Shown: in pieces, positions 47,305 to 57,654 of the stretch
How the letters are laid out: each line of letters opens with the position of its first letter
Position numbering within the stretch: the stretch's first letter is position 1
Assembly (NCBI GenBank): GCA_963828165.1
Contig: CAWHDR010000001.1
Location: forward strand, 2,131,543-2,195,542
Reading direction: 5' to 3'
From: an uncultured Chloroflexia bacterium
GTDB taxonomy: Bacteria > Chloroflexota > Limnocylindria > Limnocylindrales > CSP1-4
Length of the DNA: 64,000 bases
Program-made: the position numbers and the translations under genes
The notes under the pieces: generated by a model
Told to the model about the DNA's origin: nothing
Seen by the model: only the letters and a program-made list of their open reading frames with translations
Databases searched by the model: none

Positions 47305-48333
47305 ATGGGGATCCAGCGCGCTCGTCCCTCGCACGAGATCCTGTCCGGCGACTCGGCCGACGTCTATTTCGCGCGAGCGGACAGCATCCTTGCCGCCGAG
47401 GGCCTCGACCCGCTCGTGACGATGGAGGTCTTCACCCGCCACGAGGCCGTCCTGTGCGGCATCGACGAGGCCAAGAACCTGCTGGGACACGTGCTGGCCG
47501 CCGCGGACCCGAGCGAGACCCACCTCGAGTCGCTCGACGATGGCGACCGCATCGCGCCCCGCGAGATCGTCCTGCGCATCCGCGGGCGATACCGCCAGTT
47601 CGGGCTCTACGAGACCGCCTTCCTGGGCATGCTCGCCCATTCGACCGGCTGGGCGACCGCCGCGCGCGAATGCGTGGACGCCGCGGCTCCCCATCCGGTC
47701 ATCAGCTTCGGGGCGCGCCACATCCACCCGGACATCACCGACGTCCTCGACTACGCCGCCATCATCGGTGGCTGCGTGGGCGCGTCGACGCCCGCCGGCG
47801 CGCGACTGGCCGGGCTCGCGCCGACGGGGACGATGCCGCACTCGCTCGTCCTGATCTTCGGCGACACCGTCGAAGCCGCGCTGGCATTCGACCGCCACCT
47901 CGGGTCGGACGTGGCGCGGATCGTGCTCGTCGACACCTTCAAGGACGAGGCCGAGGAGGCGTTGCGCGTCGCGCACGCGCTCGGTGACAAGCTGTACGGC
48001 ATCCGGCTGGACACGCCGTCCGAGCGAGGCCGCGTCACCGCCGACCTCGTGCACGAGGTGCGGGCCCGGCTCGACCAGGAGGGCTACCAGCACGTCCGGA
48101 TCGTGGTCTCGGGCGGACTCAACCCCGATCGAATCGGGTACTTCAAGGAGGCCGCCGCCCCGGTCGATTCGTACGCCGTGGGCTCGTACATCAGCGGGGC
48201 GAGCCCGATCGACTTCACGGGCGACATCAAGGAGATCGACGGACGCCCGATCGCCAAGCGCGGCCGGATCCCGGGCATCACGGACTCCCCACGGTTGAAG
48301 GCCGTGGACCTCTCGGCGTATCGGGAGCGCTGA
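47305..48333 (+). CDS. pncB: nicotinate phosphoribosyltransferase (short archaeal/actinobacterial type)
   Basis: LYETAFLGMLAHSTGWATAA, GTMPHSLVLIFGD, IVLVDTFKDE, GIRLDTPSERG, VVSGGL motifs. Confidence 0.8.
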   Translation: MGIQRARPSHEILSGDSADVYFARADSILAAEGLDPLVTMEVFTRHEAVLCGIDEAKNLLGHVLAAADPSETHLESLDDGDRIAPREIVLRIRGRYRQFGLYETAFLGMLAHSTGWATAARECVDAAAPHPVISFGARHIHPDITDVLDYAAIIGGCVGASTPAGARLAGLAPTGTMPHSLVLIFGDTVEAALAFDRHLGSDVARIVLVDTFKDEAEEALRVAHALGDKLYGIRLDTPSERGRVTADLVHEVRARLDQEGYQHVRIVVSGGLNPDRIGYFKEAAAPVDSYAVGSYISGASPIDFTGDIKEIDGRPIAKRGRIPGITDSPRLKAVDLSAYRER

Positions 48334-48368
48334 CGGCGGCCCGTCCGGTTCCGTGCCACCATTTCCTC

Positions 48369-48857
48369 ATGGACGACGAACACGGGTCGAGCGGCGAGCC
48401 CGGCACCGACGACCCGGCTCCCGAGAGCGCCTACGAGCTGCTCCAGCGCGGCCAGACGCTGCTGGACGGACGCCATCACGCCCAGGCGGCGATCGTCCTC
48501 GAGCGAGCCGACCGCGCGGAGCCCGGCAAGGCGTCGATCCTCGAGGCGCTCGGTCGGGCGTACTTCAACTCGGGCCAGCACGAGGCGGCACGAGTCACGT
48601 TCGAGCGGCTGCTGGAGGTCGATCCATCCGAGCACTACGCCCACTTCGCCCTGGGGCAGAGCCTCAAGCGCCTGGGGCGGCGTGACGAGGCGGGCACCCA
48701 TCTCCGGCTGGCGGTGGCCCTGAGCCCGGGCTCGCGGCTATACCGGGACGCTCTCGCGCGCCTGCCGTCGGGGCCGAGCCGGCCACCGGGGATCCCGACT
48801 CGTGACCCGGACGGCCCCCCGAGGGGTGACGGGCCGGAGCCGAACGCCCCGGCCTGA
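48369..48857 (+). CDS. tetratricopeptide-repeat protein
   Basis: Three TPR-like units (AYELLQRGQTLLDGRHHAQAAIVLERADRAEP..., ALGRAYFNSGQHEAARVTFERLLEVDP..., FALGQSLKRLGRRDEAGTHLRLAVALSP). Confidence 0.65.
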   Translation: MDDEHGSSGEPGTDDPAPESAYELLQRGQTLLDGRHHAQAAIVLERADRAEPGKASILEALGRAYFNSGQHEAARVTFERLLEVDPSEHYAHFALGQSLKRLGRRDEAGTHLRLAVALSPGSRLYRDALARLPSGPSRPPGIPTRDPDGPPRGDGPEPNAPA

Positions 48858-48899
48858 CCCGACGCCCCGGCCTGACCCGCCGGTACCGGCCTGACCCGT
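48845..48899. repeat. 18-19-bp tandem repeat x3 containing the TPR gene stop codon
   Basis: CCGGCCTGACCC at 48849, 48867 and 48886; the first copy supplies the TGA (48855-57). Confidence 0.7.
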
Positions 48900-48905
48900 G
48901 GGGCG

Positions 48906-50068
48906 CTAGGTCCGACCGCCGCTGGGCAAGAGGCCGTTGCGATCCAGCTTGCGATAGACGACGGCGAGCTCCGAGTCGGAGAACGCCCGCTTGGGCACGA
49001 CCATGCTGACGCCCGCGGCGTTGTCGAACAGGAAGCACTCAGCGACATCGTGGACCTTTCGGAACGTCGACCAGGTCCTCCGTCCTTGGGTGACGTCGCT
49101 CCCGATCCGGATCCCATCGTCGTCCACGGTCAGGGTCGTATCGGCCCCGACAAGGTCTGGCCGCTTGCGAAACATCCACCACGCGAACGGCGCGATGAAC
49201 CAGCCAGTCGCGATCGCGAGACCCAGGGCCAGGAAGATCAGGCTGACGAGATCGCCATTCATGACCGGCACGATCGCCAGCACCACCATCAGCAGCCCGA
49301 AGAGGCGGACGATGTTGGACCGACGTGACAGCCCGACCGTGGCGCGAAGCACCTCGCCCATCGTCATCCGGTAGGTGACCGTCACCGATTCCCCGCCAGT
49401 CGTCGAGCCGTCGGTCGCGGCGACCGCAGCCGACGCATCGATGCCCGTCGTGTCCTGAGGACGTCGCAGCCGCTCCAGCCAGAACAGCCCGACGATCGAC
49501 TTCGCGTCGCGGATCTCGCCACGCTCCGCCGCCGCGACCGCGTCCTGCCACGGGCGCCATTCCAGGATCAGCCGCTCATCCTCGTCCGGACCCAGCCGAC
49601 CGTCCTCTGCGGCCGGCTCCAGGTCCGTCGCGAGGTACAGGTGCATCAGCTCATCGGTGAAGCCCGGCGCGGTGTAGAACACGCCGAGCTTCCGCCACGT
49701 CCGGGCACGAAGGCCCGTTTCCTCTTCGAGCTCTCGCCGGGCCGCGATGTCGGGGTCCTCCTTGGTGGCGTCGTCGGCGACATCGAGCCCACCGGCGGGG
49801 ATCTCCAGGAGTGCCGCATCCGCCGGCAACCGCCACTGGCGAACGAGCGCCACGCGATCCTCGGCGTCGAGCGCGACGATCGCCACCGCTCCCGGGTGGC
49901 CCGCGATGTCCCGGACGGCGCGCGAGCCGTCGGCACGCTCGACGGTAACGATCCGGAACTCGAGGAACGCCCCGCGATGGAGGACGCGGGTATCGACGAC
50001 CCGTTCGACGAGATCGGCCCCGGAGGGGTCCTCCGGGGCCGTGGTTTCGCGTTCGGGCGGCTCGGGGG

Positions 50069-50072
<4 letters not shown>
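48906..50072 (-). CDS. NUDIX hydrolase (ADP-ribose pyrophosphatase-like) fused to a YcxB-like membrane domain; start codon unresolved
   Basis: Nudix box GGLDVADDATKEDPDIAARRELEEETGL. The conserved N-terminal extension (..VERADGSRAVRDIAGHPGAV) lies upstream of the ORF-track start (GTG 49886) in the same frame and contains no ATG/GTG/TTG. The only candidate is CTG 50072. C-terminal half has two TM segments plus a YcxB-like region (TWSTFRKVHDVAECFLF). Confidence 0.65.
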
Positions 50073-51199
<1,127 letters not shown>

Positions 51200-51338
51200 G
51201 GCGCGCAGTCCTCCGTCCCGTCAGCTCATCGCGGGCCCTTGCATCCTGCCGCCGAAGCGAACGTGGACGGGCCCCGTACGTGGCAGCGCGGGGTCGCCGC
51301 ATCGTACGGTCCGCGTTCCCCGGGCGCAAGCCTCGGAC

Positions 51339-51746
51339 TCAGCCGGTCGGCAGGTGCCGTGCGATCTCCGCGAGCAGTGCGTCGACCCGCACCGGCTTGT
51401 CGATGAACCCCGCGCAGCCGGCCTCCTCGGCCGCGATCCGGTCGACCGGGAGGACGCTCGCGCTGACGAGCAGGATCGGGATCGTGGCGGTCGTTTCGGA
51501 CGCCCGCAGCTCGCGGGCGAGCGAGAGGCCGTCGCCGTCGGGCAGGTGGCGGTCGAGCAGCACCAGGGCCGGCGTCCTCGCGCCGACCGCCGCGCGTGCC
51601 TCCGCGAGCGATGCCGCGATCGTCAGGTCGTAGCCGGCCGGACCAAGGATCGCGCGCAGCAACGCGGCGTTGCGGGCCTCGTCCTCGACGGCCAGGATCG
51701 GCGTCCCGGGGCGGCCCGTCGCGCGACCCGTCATCAAATCCGTCAC
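51339..51746 (-). CDS. single-domain response regulator (CheY-like)
   Basis: ILAVEDEARNA...LVLLDRHLPDGDGL...GFIDKP receiver motifs; start overlaps the kinase stop by 4 nt. Confidence 0.8.
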   Translation of the reverse strand: MTDLMTGRATGRPGTPILAVEDEARNAALLRAILGPAGYDLTIAASLAEARAAVGARTPALVLLDRHLPDGDGLSLARELRASETTATIPILLVSASVLPVDRIAAEEAGCAGFIDKPVRVDALLAEIARHLPTG

Positions 51747-54349
51747 GACGACGCCCGTGGGCCCGTCGCGATCCGATCGAGCCAGCCCTTCAACGCATCG
51801 AGCCCGCTGCCGCCCCGCACGACCACGCCCTGGACCTTGCCGTTGATCCGGGCGCGCTCGCGGTCGTCGAGGTCGCCGCGGGTCGTCACCCAGATCGGGA
51901 TGTCGGAGGTTGCGGGATCGGCCTTGAGCCGGGCGACCAGGTCAGGCCCGTCCGTGTCCGGAAGGATGAGGTCGAGCAGGATGAGATCGGGCCGCTCGTC
52001 GCGGGCCCGCTGCATGCCCGTCTCGCCGGAGTCGGCGACCACGACACGGAACCCATCCGGCTCCAGCTGCGCCCGATAGCTCGCGCCGGCGGCGGGATCG
52101 GCATCGATGACGAGGGCGGTCACGACCCGAGTCTGCACCTTCGTCGTGAACGTCAACAACCCGAGAGACCCGAGCAGCGCTTCGCGCGAGACCGGCTTGA
52201 CGAAGTAGTCCACGGCACCGAGCGCGAACCCAAGCGGCGCGTCGTCGACGACGGAGACGACGATGACCGGGATGTCGCGGGTCTCCTCGGCGCCCTTGAG
52301 TCGCTGGAGGACCTCCCAGCCGTCGAAGTCGGGCAGCAGGATGTCGAGGATGATGGCGGCGGGTCGCAGCGAGGTCGCCCACTCGACCCCCGTGCGTCCA
52401 TCCGCGGCGATCGCGAACGCGAAACCGGCCTCCTCGAGATAGACGCGCAGGAGCTCGGCCGCAGACGGGTCGTCCTCGATGGCGAGGACCAGTCGCTGTC
52501 CCGCGAGCACGGGTTCCGCCGAGACGGCAGTCGCCACCACTGGCTCGCGCGACGCCCGGCCGAGCGGCAGGACCACCGTGAACCGGCTGCCGCGACCCAC
52601 CTCGGATTCGAGGTCGATGCTGCCGCCGTGGGCCTCCACCAGCTGTCGCGCGAGCGTCAGGCCCAGCCCCGTGCCCTCGAGCCCGGCCGCCGCCGCGGCC
52701 TGCTTGAAGGCCTCGAAGATCGACGCCTGATCGTCCATCGCGATGCCCACCCCGGTGTCGACGACCTCCAGCCGCGCGGTGCGACCATCGCCCGACAGCA
52801 GCACCCGCACCGATCCACCCTCCGGGGTGAACTTGATGGCGTTCGATAACAGGTTGAAGACCACCTGCCGGATGCGGCCCCGATCTGCCTCTACGTCCTG
52901 ACGTCCGTCAGCCTCCGCGCCGAGCCGGATGCCTTTTCGATCGGCGAGCGGTTGCATCTGGTCGATGGTCTGGCGGACCAGCTCTTCCAGGTCGAACACC
53001 GTCGGCCGAAGGTCCAGCTTGCCGGCCTCGACCTTCGCGAGGTCGAGCACCTCGTTGATGAGCTCGAGCAGGTGAAGACCGGACCCGTGGATGTGGCCGG
53101 CGAACTCCTCGACCGTCGCCGCTTCGTGCCCGTCGGGCGAGATCGGCCGCTCCAGGAGCTCCGAGAAACCGATGATCGAGTTCAGCGGCGTCCGCAGCTC
53201 GTGGCTCATGGCGGCCAGGAAATCGCTCTTGGCGGCACTCGCCGACCGTAGCTCGACGATGAGCCGCTCGCGATCCGCGAGGACCTCCTCGCGCTCGGCC
53301 GCCAGGATCGCCCGGCGCGAGATGAGCTGCAGGACCGCAAGGTCGTCGGCGACGAACAGCGGGCTGCCCTCGACGTACAGGTCGAGGTCGCCGATGGACC
53401 GCCCATCCAGCGACAGGGGCACGCCGATGTGGCGCCAACGACGAGGCAGGTCCTCGGGCGAGAGCTGGGTGGGGTCGCTCGGGGCGCCCGCGGCGTCCTT
53501 GGGCCAGGCCCCGACGGTGATCCGCCTCGCTCGACCGTGGTCGTCGCGGACCGCGACCGCGGCCGCGCGTGCGCCGATCGAGTCGGCCGAGATCTGGGCG
53601 AGGAGCCGCCAGATGTCGTCCGCTGCGCCACTGGTCGGGAGCGCATTCACGCGACGGACGAACTCGTAGGCGGTCGATTGCTGGCCAAGCCGATACAGGA
53701 CCGCCGGCGGCTGGAAGGCGATCAGGTATCCGAAGGCCGCCGTCAGGGCCAGCACGCTGACCAGGGTGCCCGTCGAGTTGGTCCCCTCCGTGCCCGAGCC
53801 GAGCCCGCCCACGATGATCGTCAGCGCGGCGATCCCCAGGAGGGCTGTCGACACCCCCGCGATCATCAGTCGCGCTCGGGACGCCCCGGCCCGGCGGACG
53901 GATTCGTGGAGGAACCCGGCGGCGGCGACCAGCTCCAGGACGACGAAGAACGACAGGGACGCCAACAGCACCGCCAGGATCGTCCCGGTGCCCGTCTCGG
54001 CGGCGCCCCGCCAGGCGACGACGATCGCGCCCAGTCCGAGCAGGATCGCGAACGCCGTGCTCGCGCGGATCAGCCAGTCGGGGATGGCCTCGAAGTGGCG
54101 CACGAGGTTGAGGGTGAGGACGGGGAGCGCCAGGAATGCCGCGAAGGCGCTGGCCGCCGTGATCGTCCGGAGCTCGGGCAGCAGCCTGCCGAGACCGGTG
54201 ACCGCGAAGAGCACGAACACCGCGAAGAAGACCGTGACGACGGCGCGACTCACCGGTTCGCGACGGCGGCGGTATTCGTTCACGGCGATGACGAGGACGC
54301 TCAGGTATGCGACGCCGAGCGCGAGGGTCAGGACGTCTGCGAGGGTCAT
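51743..54349 (-). CDS. hybrid sensor histidine kinase (multi-TM sensor, GAF-like, HisKA, HATPase, two receiver domains)
   Basis: H-box FLAAMSHELRTPLNSIIGF, N/G boxes (NLLSNAIKFTPEGG, DTGVGI, GTGLGLTL), REC1 ILDILLPDFDGWE, REC2 ILLDLILPDTDGPD. About 230-aa hydrophobic N-terminus. Confidence 0.85.
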   Translation of the reverse strand: MTLADVLTLALGVAYLSVLVIAVNEYRRRREPVSRAVVTVFFAVFVLFAVTGLGRLLPELRTITAASAFAAFLALPVLTLNLVRHFEAIPDWLIRASTAFAILLGLGAIVVAWRGAAETGTGTILAVLLASLSFFVVLELVAAAGFLHESVRRAGASRARLMIAGVSTALLGIAALTIIVGGLGSGTEGTNSTGTLVSVLALTAAFGYLIAFQPPAVLYRLGQQSTAYEFVRRVNALPTSGAADDIWRLLAQISADSIGARAAAVAVRDDHGRARRITVGAWPKDAAGAPSDPTQLSPEDLPRRWRHIGVPLSLDGRSIGDLDLYVEGSPLFVADDLAVLQLISRRAILAAEREEVLADRERLIVELRSASAAKSDFLAAMSHELRTPLNSIIGFSELLERPISPDGHEAATVEEFAGHIHGSGLHLLELINEVLDLAKVEAGKLDLRPTVFDLEELVRQTIDQMQPLADRKGIRLGAEADGRQDVEADRGRIRQVVFNLLSNAIKFTPEGGSVRVLLSGDGRTARLEVVDTGVGIAMDDQASIFEAFKQAAAAAGLEGTGLGLTLARQLVEAHGGSIDLESEVGRGSRFTVVLPLGRASREPVVATAVSAEPVLAGQRLVLAIEDDPSAAELLRVYLEEAGFAFAIAADGRTGVEWATSLRPAAIILDILLPDFDGWEVLQRLKGAEETRDIPVIVVSVVDDAPLGFALGAVDYFVKPVSREALLGSLGLLTFTTKVQTRVVTALVIDADPAAGASYRAQLEPDGFRVVVADSGETGMQRARDERPDLILLDLILPDTDGPDLVARLKADPATSDIPIWVTTRGDLDDRERARINGKVQGVVVRGGSGLDALKGWLDRIATGPRASS

Positions 54350-55494
54350 CGGCGGCTGGAGGCTCGCAGCGCGGCGAGGGAGTCGATCCGCAACCGGTCG
54401 TCGGTCCCGTCGAGGTCGTTTCGCTCAACGATCGCCGCGAACCGTTCGACGAGGTCGGGATCGAAGTGGTGGCCGGATTGAGCGACGATCTCCCCGATCG
54501 CGTTCTCCGCTGAACCCGCGTCGCGGTACGGCCGGTCGTGGACGATCGCGTCGAAGGCATCGACGAGGCCGACGATGCGGGCGCCGATCGGGATCTCCTC
54601 GCCCTTCAGGCGGTCCGGGTAGCCGCCGCCGTCCCAGCGCTCGTGGTGGTGCCGCACGATCGGGGCGAATTCGCGCGAGCTCGCGAGGGGACGGCAGATC
54701 TGCTCGCCGATGATCGGGTGGCGTCGCATCTCGATCCATTCGTCCTCGGTCAGGGCGCCGGGCTTCTTGAGGATACCGTCGGAAACGCCGATCTTGCCGA
54801 TGTCGTGGAGAAGGGCCCCGAACACCACGCCCTTGATGCTCACAGGATCGAGCTCGGCGGCGGTCGCGAGGAGATGGGCGAGGCCTGCCAGGCGCTGGCA
54901 ATGATGCTCGGTCATCGTGTCCTTGGCTTCGACCGCATTGGCCAGGGCGGCCACGACGCCCTGGGCGCTCTCCATCTCGGCCATGACGAGGGCCAGGCGC
55001 CGGGCACTGCGGAGTCGCGCGAGCAGCTCCGCCTCGTGGAAGGGCTTGGCGAGAAAGTCGTCCGCGCCCGCATCGAGCCCAGCCACGACATCGTCGACCG
55101 ACGTGCGCCCCGTCAGCAGGACCACGGGCAACGTCACCGTGCGCGGGTCCGCTCGCAGGCGGCGGCAGATCTCCAGGCCATCCATCCCGGGCAGGCCGAC
55201 GTCCAGCAGCACGACATCCGGCGCCGTCTCGAGCGCGGCCTCCAGGCCGGACGGTCCGTCGTTCGCGGTGACCGCGCGGTAGCCCGCACGCTGGAGCAGC
55301 GCGGTCAGAAGGGCACGGTTCGCCGGGTCGTCCTCGATCACGAGGACGGTCGGCGCCGTGGGTTCGATGAGGGTTGCCGACGTGGCGGCGTGCAACATCG
55401 CGTCGAGTGTGACCCTTCCATGGTCCTCTGGGCAATGCACCATGGGTCCCGATTCGGCTTGCGAGTGCCGCACGAATCGGTTCTCGTGCATCAC
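54346..55494 (-). CDS. response regulator with HD-GYP output domain (RpfG-like, putative c-di-GMP phosphodiesterase)
   Basis: REC (VLVIEDDPANR...VLLDVGLPGMDGLE) plus HD-GYP (HHCQRLAGLA, LLHDIGKIGV, HHERWDGGGYPD). True start may be an internal ATG (55443 or 55398). Stop overlaps the kinase start by 4 nt. Confidence 0.85.
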   Translation of the reverse strand: MMHENRFVRHSQAESGPMVHCPEDHGRVTLDAMLHAATSATLIEPTAPTVLVIEDDPANRALLTALLQRAGYRAVTANDGPSGLEAALETAPDVVLLDVGLPGMDGLEICRRLRADPRTVTLPVVLLTGRTSVDDVVAGLDAGADDFLAKPFHEAELLARLRSARRLALVMAEMESAQGVVAALANAVEAKDTMTEHHCQRLAGLAHLLATAAELDPVSIKGVVFGALLHDIGKIGVSDGILKKPGALTEDEWIEMRRHPIIGEQICRPLASSREFAPIVRHHHERWDGGGYPDRLKGEEIPIGARIVGLVDAFDAIVHDRPYRDAGSAENAIGEIVAQSGHHFDPDLVERFAAIVERNDLDGTDDRLRIDSLAALRASSRR

Positions 55495-55512
55495 ACCGGC
55501 GTGTCGGGGGCG

Positions 55513-56415
55513 TCAGCTGATGAAGTCGCCGCCGGTGACCGGAAGCACCGCTCCGGTGATGTAGCTCGCTGCGGGGGAGGCAAGGAACACGAATGCTCCT
55601 GCCAGCTCAGCTGGCTGCGCGGGTCGTCCGAAGCCGCTTCCGGCGCCGAACTGGGTCAGCTCCTCCGGATCGGTGGTGGTGGCCACCAGGGGCGTCCAGA
55701 CGGGGCCGGGCGCCACGACGTTCACCCGGATCCCGCGTGGGGCCAGCATCTTCGAAAGCCCCTTCGAGAAGGTGATCAGAGCCCCCTTGGTCGTGGCATA
55801 GGCAAGGAGCGACGGCGACGGTTGGGCGGCCTGGATGGAACTGACGTTGATGATCGAGGCGCCCGGTTCCATCACGGTCGCGGCCTCGCGGCACAGCCAG
55901 AACGTGGCCGTCAGGTTGGTGCGCAGGATGCCCTCCCACTCCTCGGTCGTGATCTCCTCGATCTGAAGTCGCTTGCGTTGCGTCGCCGCATTGTTGACCA
56001 GGATGTCGATCCCGCCGAAGTCCTCGCGGGCCCGCTCGACGAGCTGCCGGCAGTGGTCCTCGTCCTGCAGGTCGCCTCCAACCGCGATCGCCCGGCGTCC
56101 CGCGGCTTCGACGAGCCGCACCGTGGCGGCTGCATCGTCGTCCTCGCTCCGGTACGAGACGAGGACATCCGCGCCCTCGCGGGCAAAGGCGATCGCGACG
56201 GCGCGGCCGATGCCACTGTCCGACCCCGTGATCAGGGCACGCAGCCCGGCAAGCCGCCCCGCCCCGACGTAGGAGTCCTCCCCGTGGTCGGGTCGCGGGT
56301 CGATTTCGTCGACATCGCCGGACTGCGGCTCGCGCTGCCGCGGAAACGGGGGACGAGCGTAGGCGTTGCGAGGGTCGACGAGCTCACGCTTCGTCGTCGC
56401 GTCGGGTTTGGGCAT
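55513..56415 (-). CDS. SDR family oxidoreductase (YghA/general-stress-protein-39-like)
   Basis: ATG 56415 within ORF 55513..56502. ITGSDSGIGRA cofactor motif, NNAA, YATTKGA catalytic Y-x3-K. Confidence 0.85.
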   Translation of the reverse strand: MPKPDATTKRELVDPRNAYARPPFPRQREPQSGDVDEIDPRPDHGEDSYVGAGRLAGLRALITGSDSGIGRAVAIAFAREGADVLVSYRSEDDDAAATVRLVEAAGRRAIAVGGDLQDEDHCRQLVERAREDFGGIDILVNNAATQRKRLQIEEITTEEWEGILRTNLTATFWLCREAATVMEPGASIINVSSIQAAQPSPSLLAYATTKGALITFSKGLSKMLAPRGIRVNVVAPGPVWTPLVATTTDPEELTQFGAGSGFGRPAQPAELAGAFVFLASPAASYITGAVLPVTGGDFIS

Positions 56416-56677
56416 CACCGCTGGTTTACCAAGACTGGTGTCGCAGGCGTGTGTGCGCGGACCGCGCGCGGCTTGCGGCGACGCAACGACCGGTTCGCGC
56501 ATGCACCGGCCGGCGTCTACCGAGCCGCATCAGCGTTAGTGACCGTCCGGCCGATCGCTCTGCGAGATGGCTGCAATGCGTCGGAGATCGCCTTCCACAC
56601 GAGCGTGCAGCCGCGTGGCCTACGGTCACGCTGCGACCAGCGATCGGGTCGCTTCTGTTTAGAGGAGCGCGTGAACT

Positions 56678-57016
56678 GTGGATCAGCCGCTGAACGAAGC
56701 CACCTCCCACCCAGCCCTCAGCCGCCTTCAGCCCGGGGAGACCGTGCAGGCCCTCGCCAAGGCCGCCACCGCCAGCCTGTTGGTCACCGATCGGCGGCTC
56801 GCGGTCGCCGATGAGGATCGGCTGGCGCTCGACATCCCGTTCGACGGCCTGCGCCGCATCCAGTTCGACATCGAGCGGGAGCGCCCGGCGACCCTCGTGA
56901 TCGTGCCCGAGCACCCGGCGCACGAACCACAGGTGATCGCCGTCCCGCCAGAACGCTTCGATGAGGTCACTCGGGCGCTCGCGCTCATCGGCGCGCGGCT
57001 CTACCAGCTCGACTGA
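56678..57016 (+). CDS. hypothetical protein
   Basis: 112-aa ORF from GTG 56678 with protein-like composition. No family recognised. Confidence 0.4.
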   Translation: MDQPLNEATSHPALSRLQPGETVQALAKAATASLLVTDRRLAVADEDRLALDIPFDGLRRIQFDIERERPATLVIVPEHPAHEPQVIAVPPERFDEVTRALALIGARLYQLD

Positions 57017-57049
57017 GCGGTTGCGCGAGCCCGCCGTACGATAGGGGCG

Positions 57050-57457
57050 TTGGATGCCCTTTTCCCGCTCCTGATCACCCTCGGTGCCATTGCCGCCGTC
57101 TGGCTGGCACTCGTCGGGCTCATCTGGCTCCACCGACCGTCCAGGGAGCTCGCCCTGCCCGCGCTGCGGACACTGCCAGACATCCTCCGGCTCGCCCGTC
57201 GGCTGCTGGTCGATCCGCGCACGCCGACACGCCATCGCGTCGGCCTTATCGTCCTGATCGTCTGGCTCGTCAGTCCCATCGACCTGCTGCCGGAGTTTCT
57301 CCCCGGCATCGGCCCGCTCGACGACATCGTGGCTACCGCAGTGATCCTGGGTTGGATCGGTCGTGGTACCGGCCGCGGCCGATTGCAGGAGCACTGGCCG
57401 GGCGACGCCGCGGGCTTCAGGGTCATGACACGGTTGCTGCGACTCCCCGCGGAGTAA
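57050..57457 (+). CDS. DUF1232 (YkvA-like) membrane protein
   Basis: RLLVDPRTPTRHRVGLIVLIVWLVSPIDLLPEFLPGIGPLDDIV is the DUF1232 signature; TTG 57050 start is uncertain. Confidence 0.7.
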   Translation: MDALFPLLITLGAIAAVWLALVGLIWLHRPSRELALPALRTLPDILRLARRLLVDPRTPTRHRVGLIVLIVWLVSPIDLLPEFLPGIGPLDDIVATAVILGWIGRGTGRGRLQEHWPGDAAGFRVMTRLLRLPAE

Positions 57458-57482
57458 CCTCGAGTCCAGGACGCCAGGTGGT

Positions 57483-57559
57483 TGGGGTGGCCTACGGGGC
57501 TCGAACCCGTAACCTCTGGAGCCACAATCCAGTGCTCTGCCCATTGAGCTAAGGCCACC
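57483..57559 (-). tRNA. tRNA-His (anticodon GTG)
   Basis: Hand-folded cloverleaf: G(-1), acceptor GTGGCCT/AGGCCAC, D stem GCTC/GAGC, anticodon stem CTGGA/TCCAG with loop TTGTGGC, T arm ACGGG-TTCGAGC-CCCGT, discriminator C, encoded CCA. Confidence 0.92.
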
Positions 57560-57654
57560 GCGGGCGTTCGTCCGTGGCGGTGCGCGCGTGCGCGGGTGGA
57601 CGAAGCCTGCGGAGTATATCGAAGGCGCTTGGAGCCGACGTCGAAAGGGGTCAG

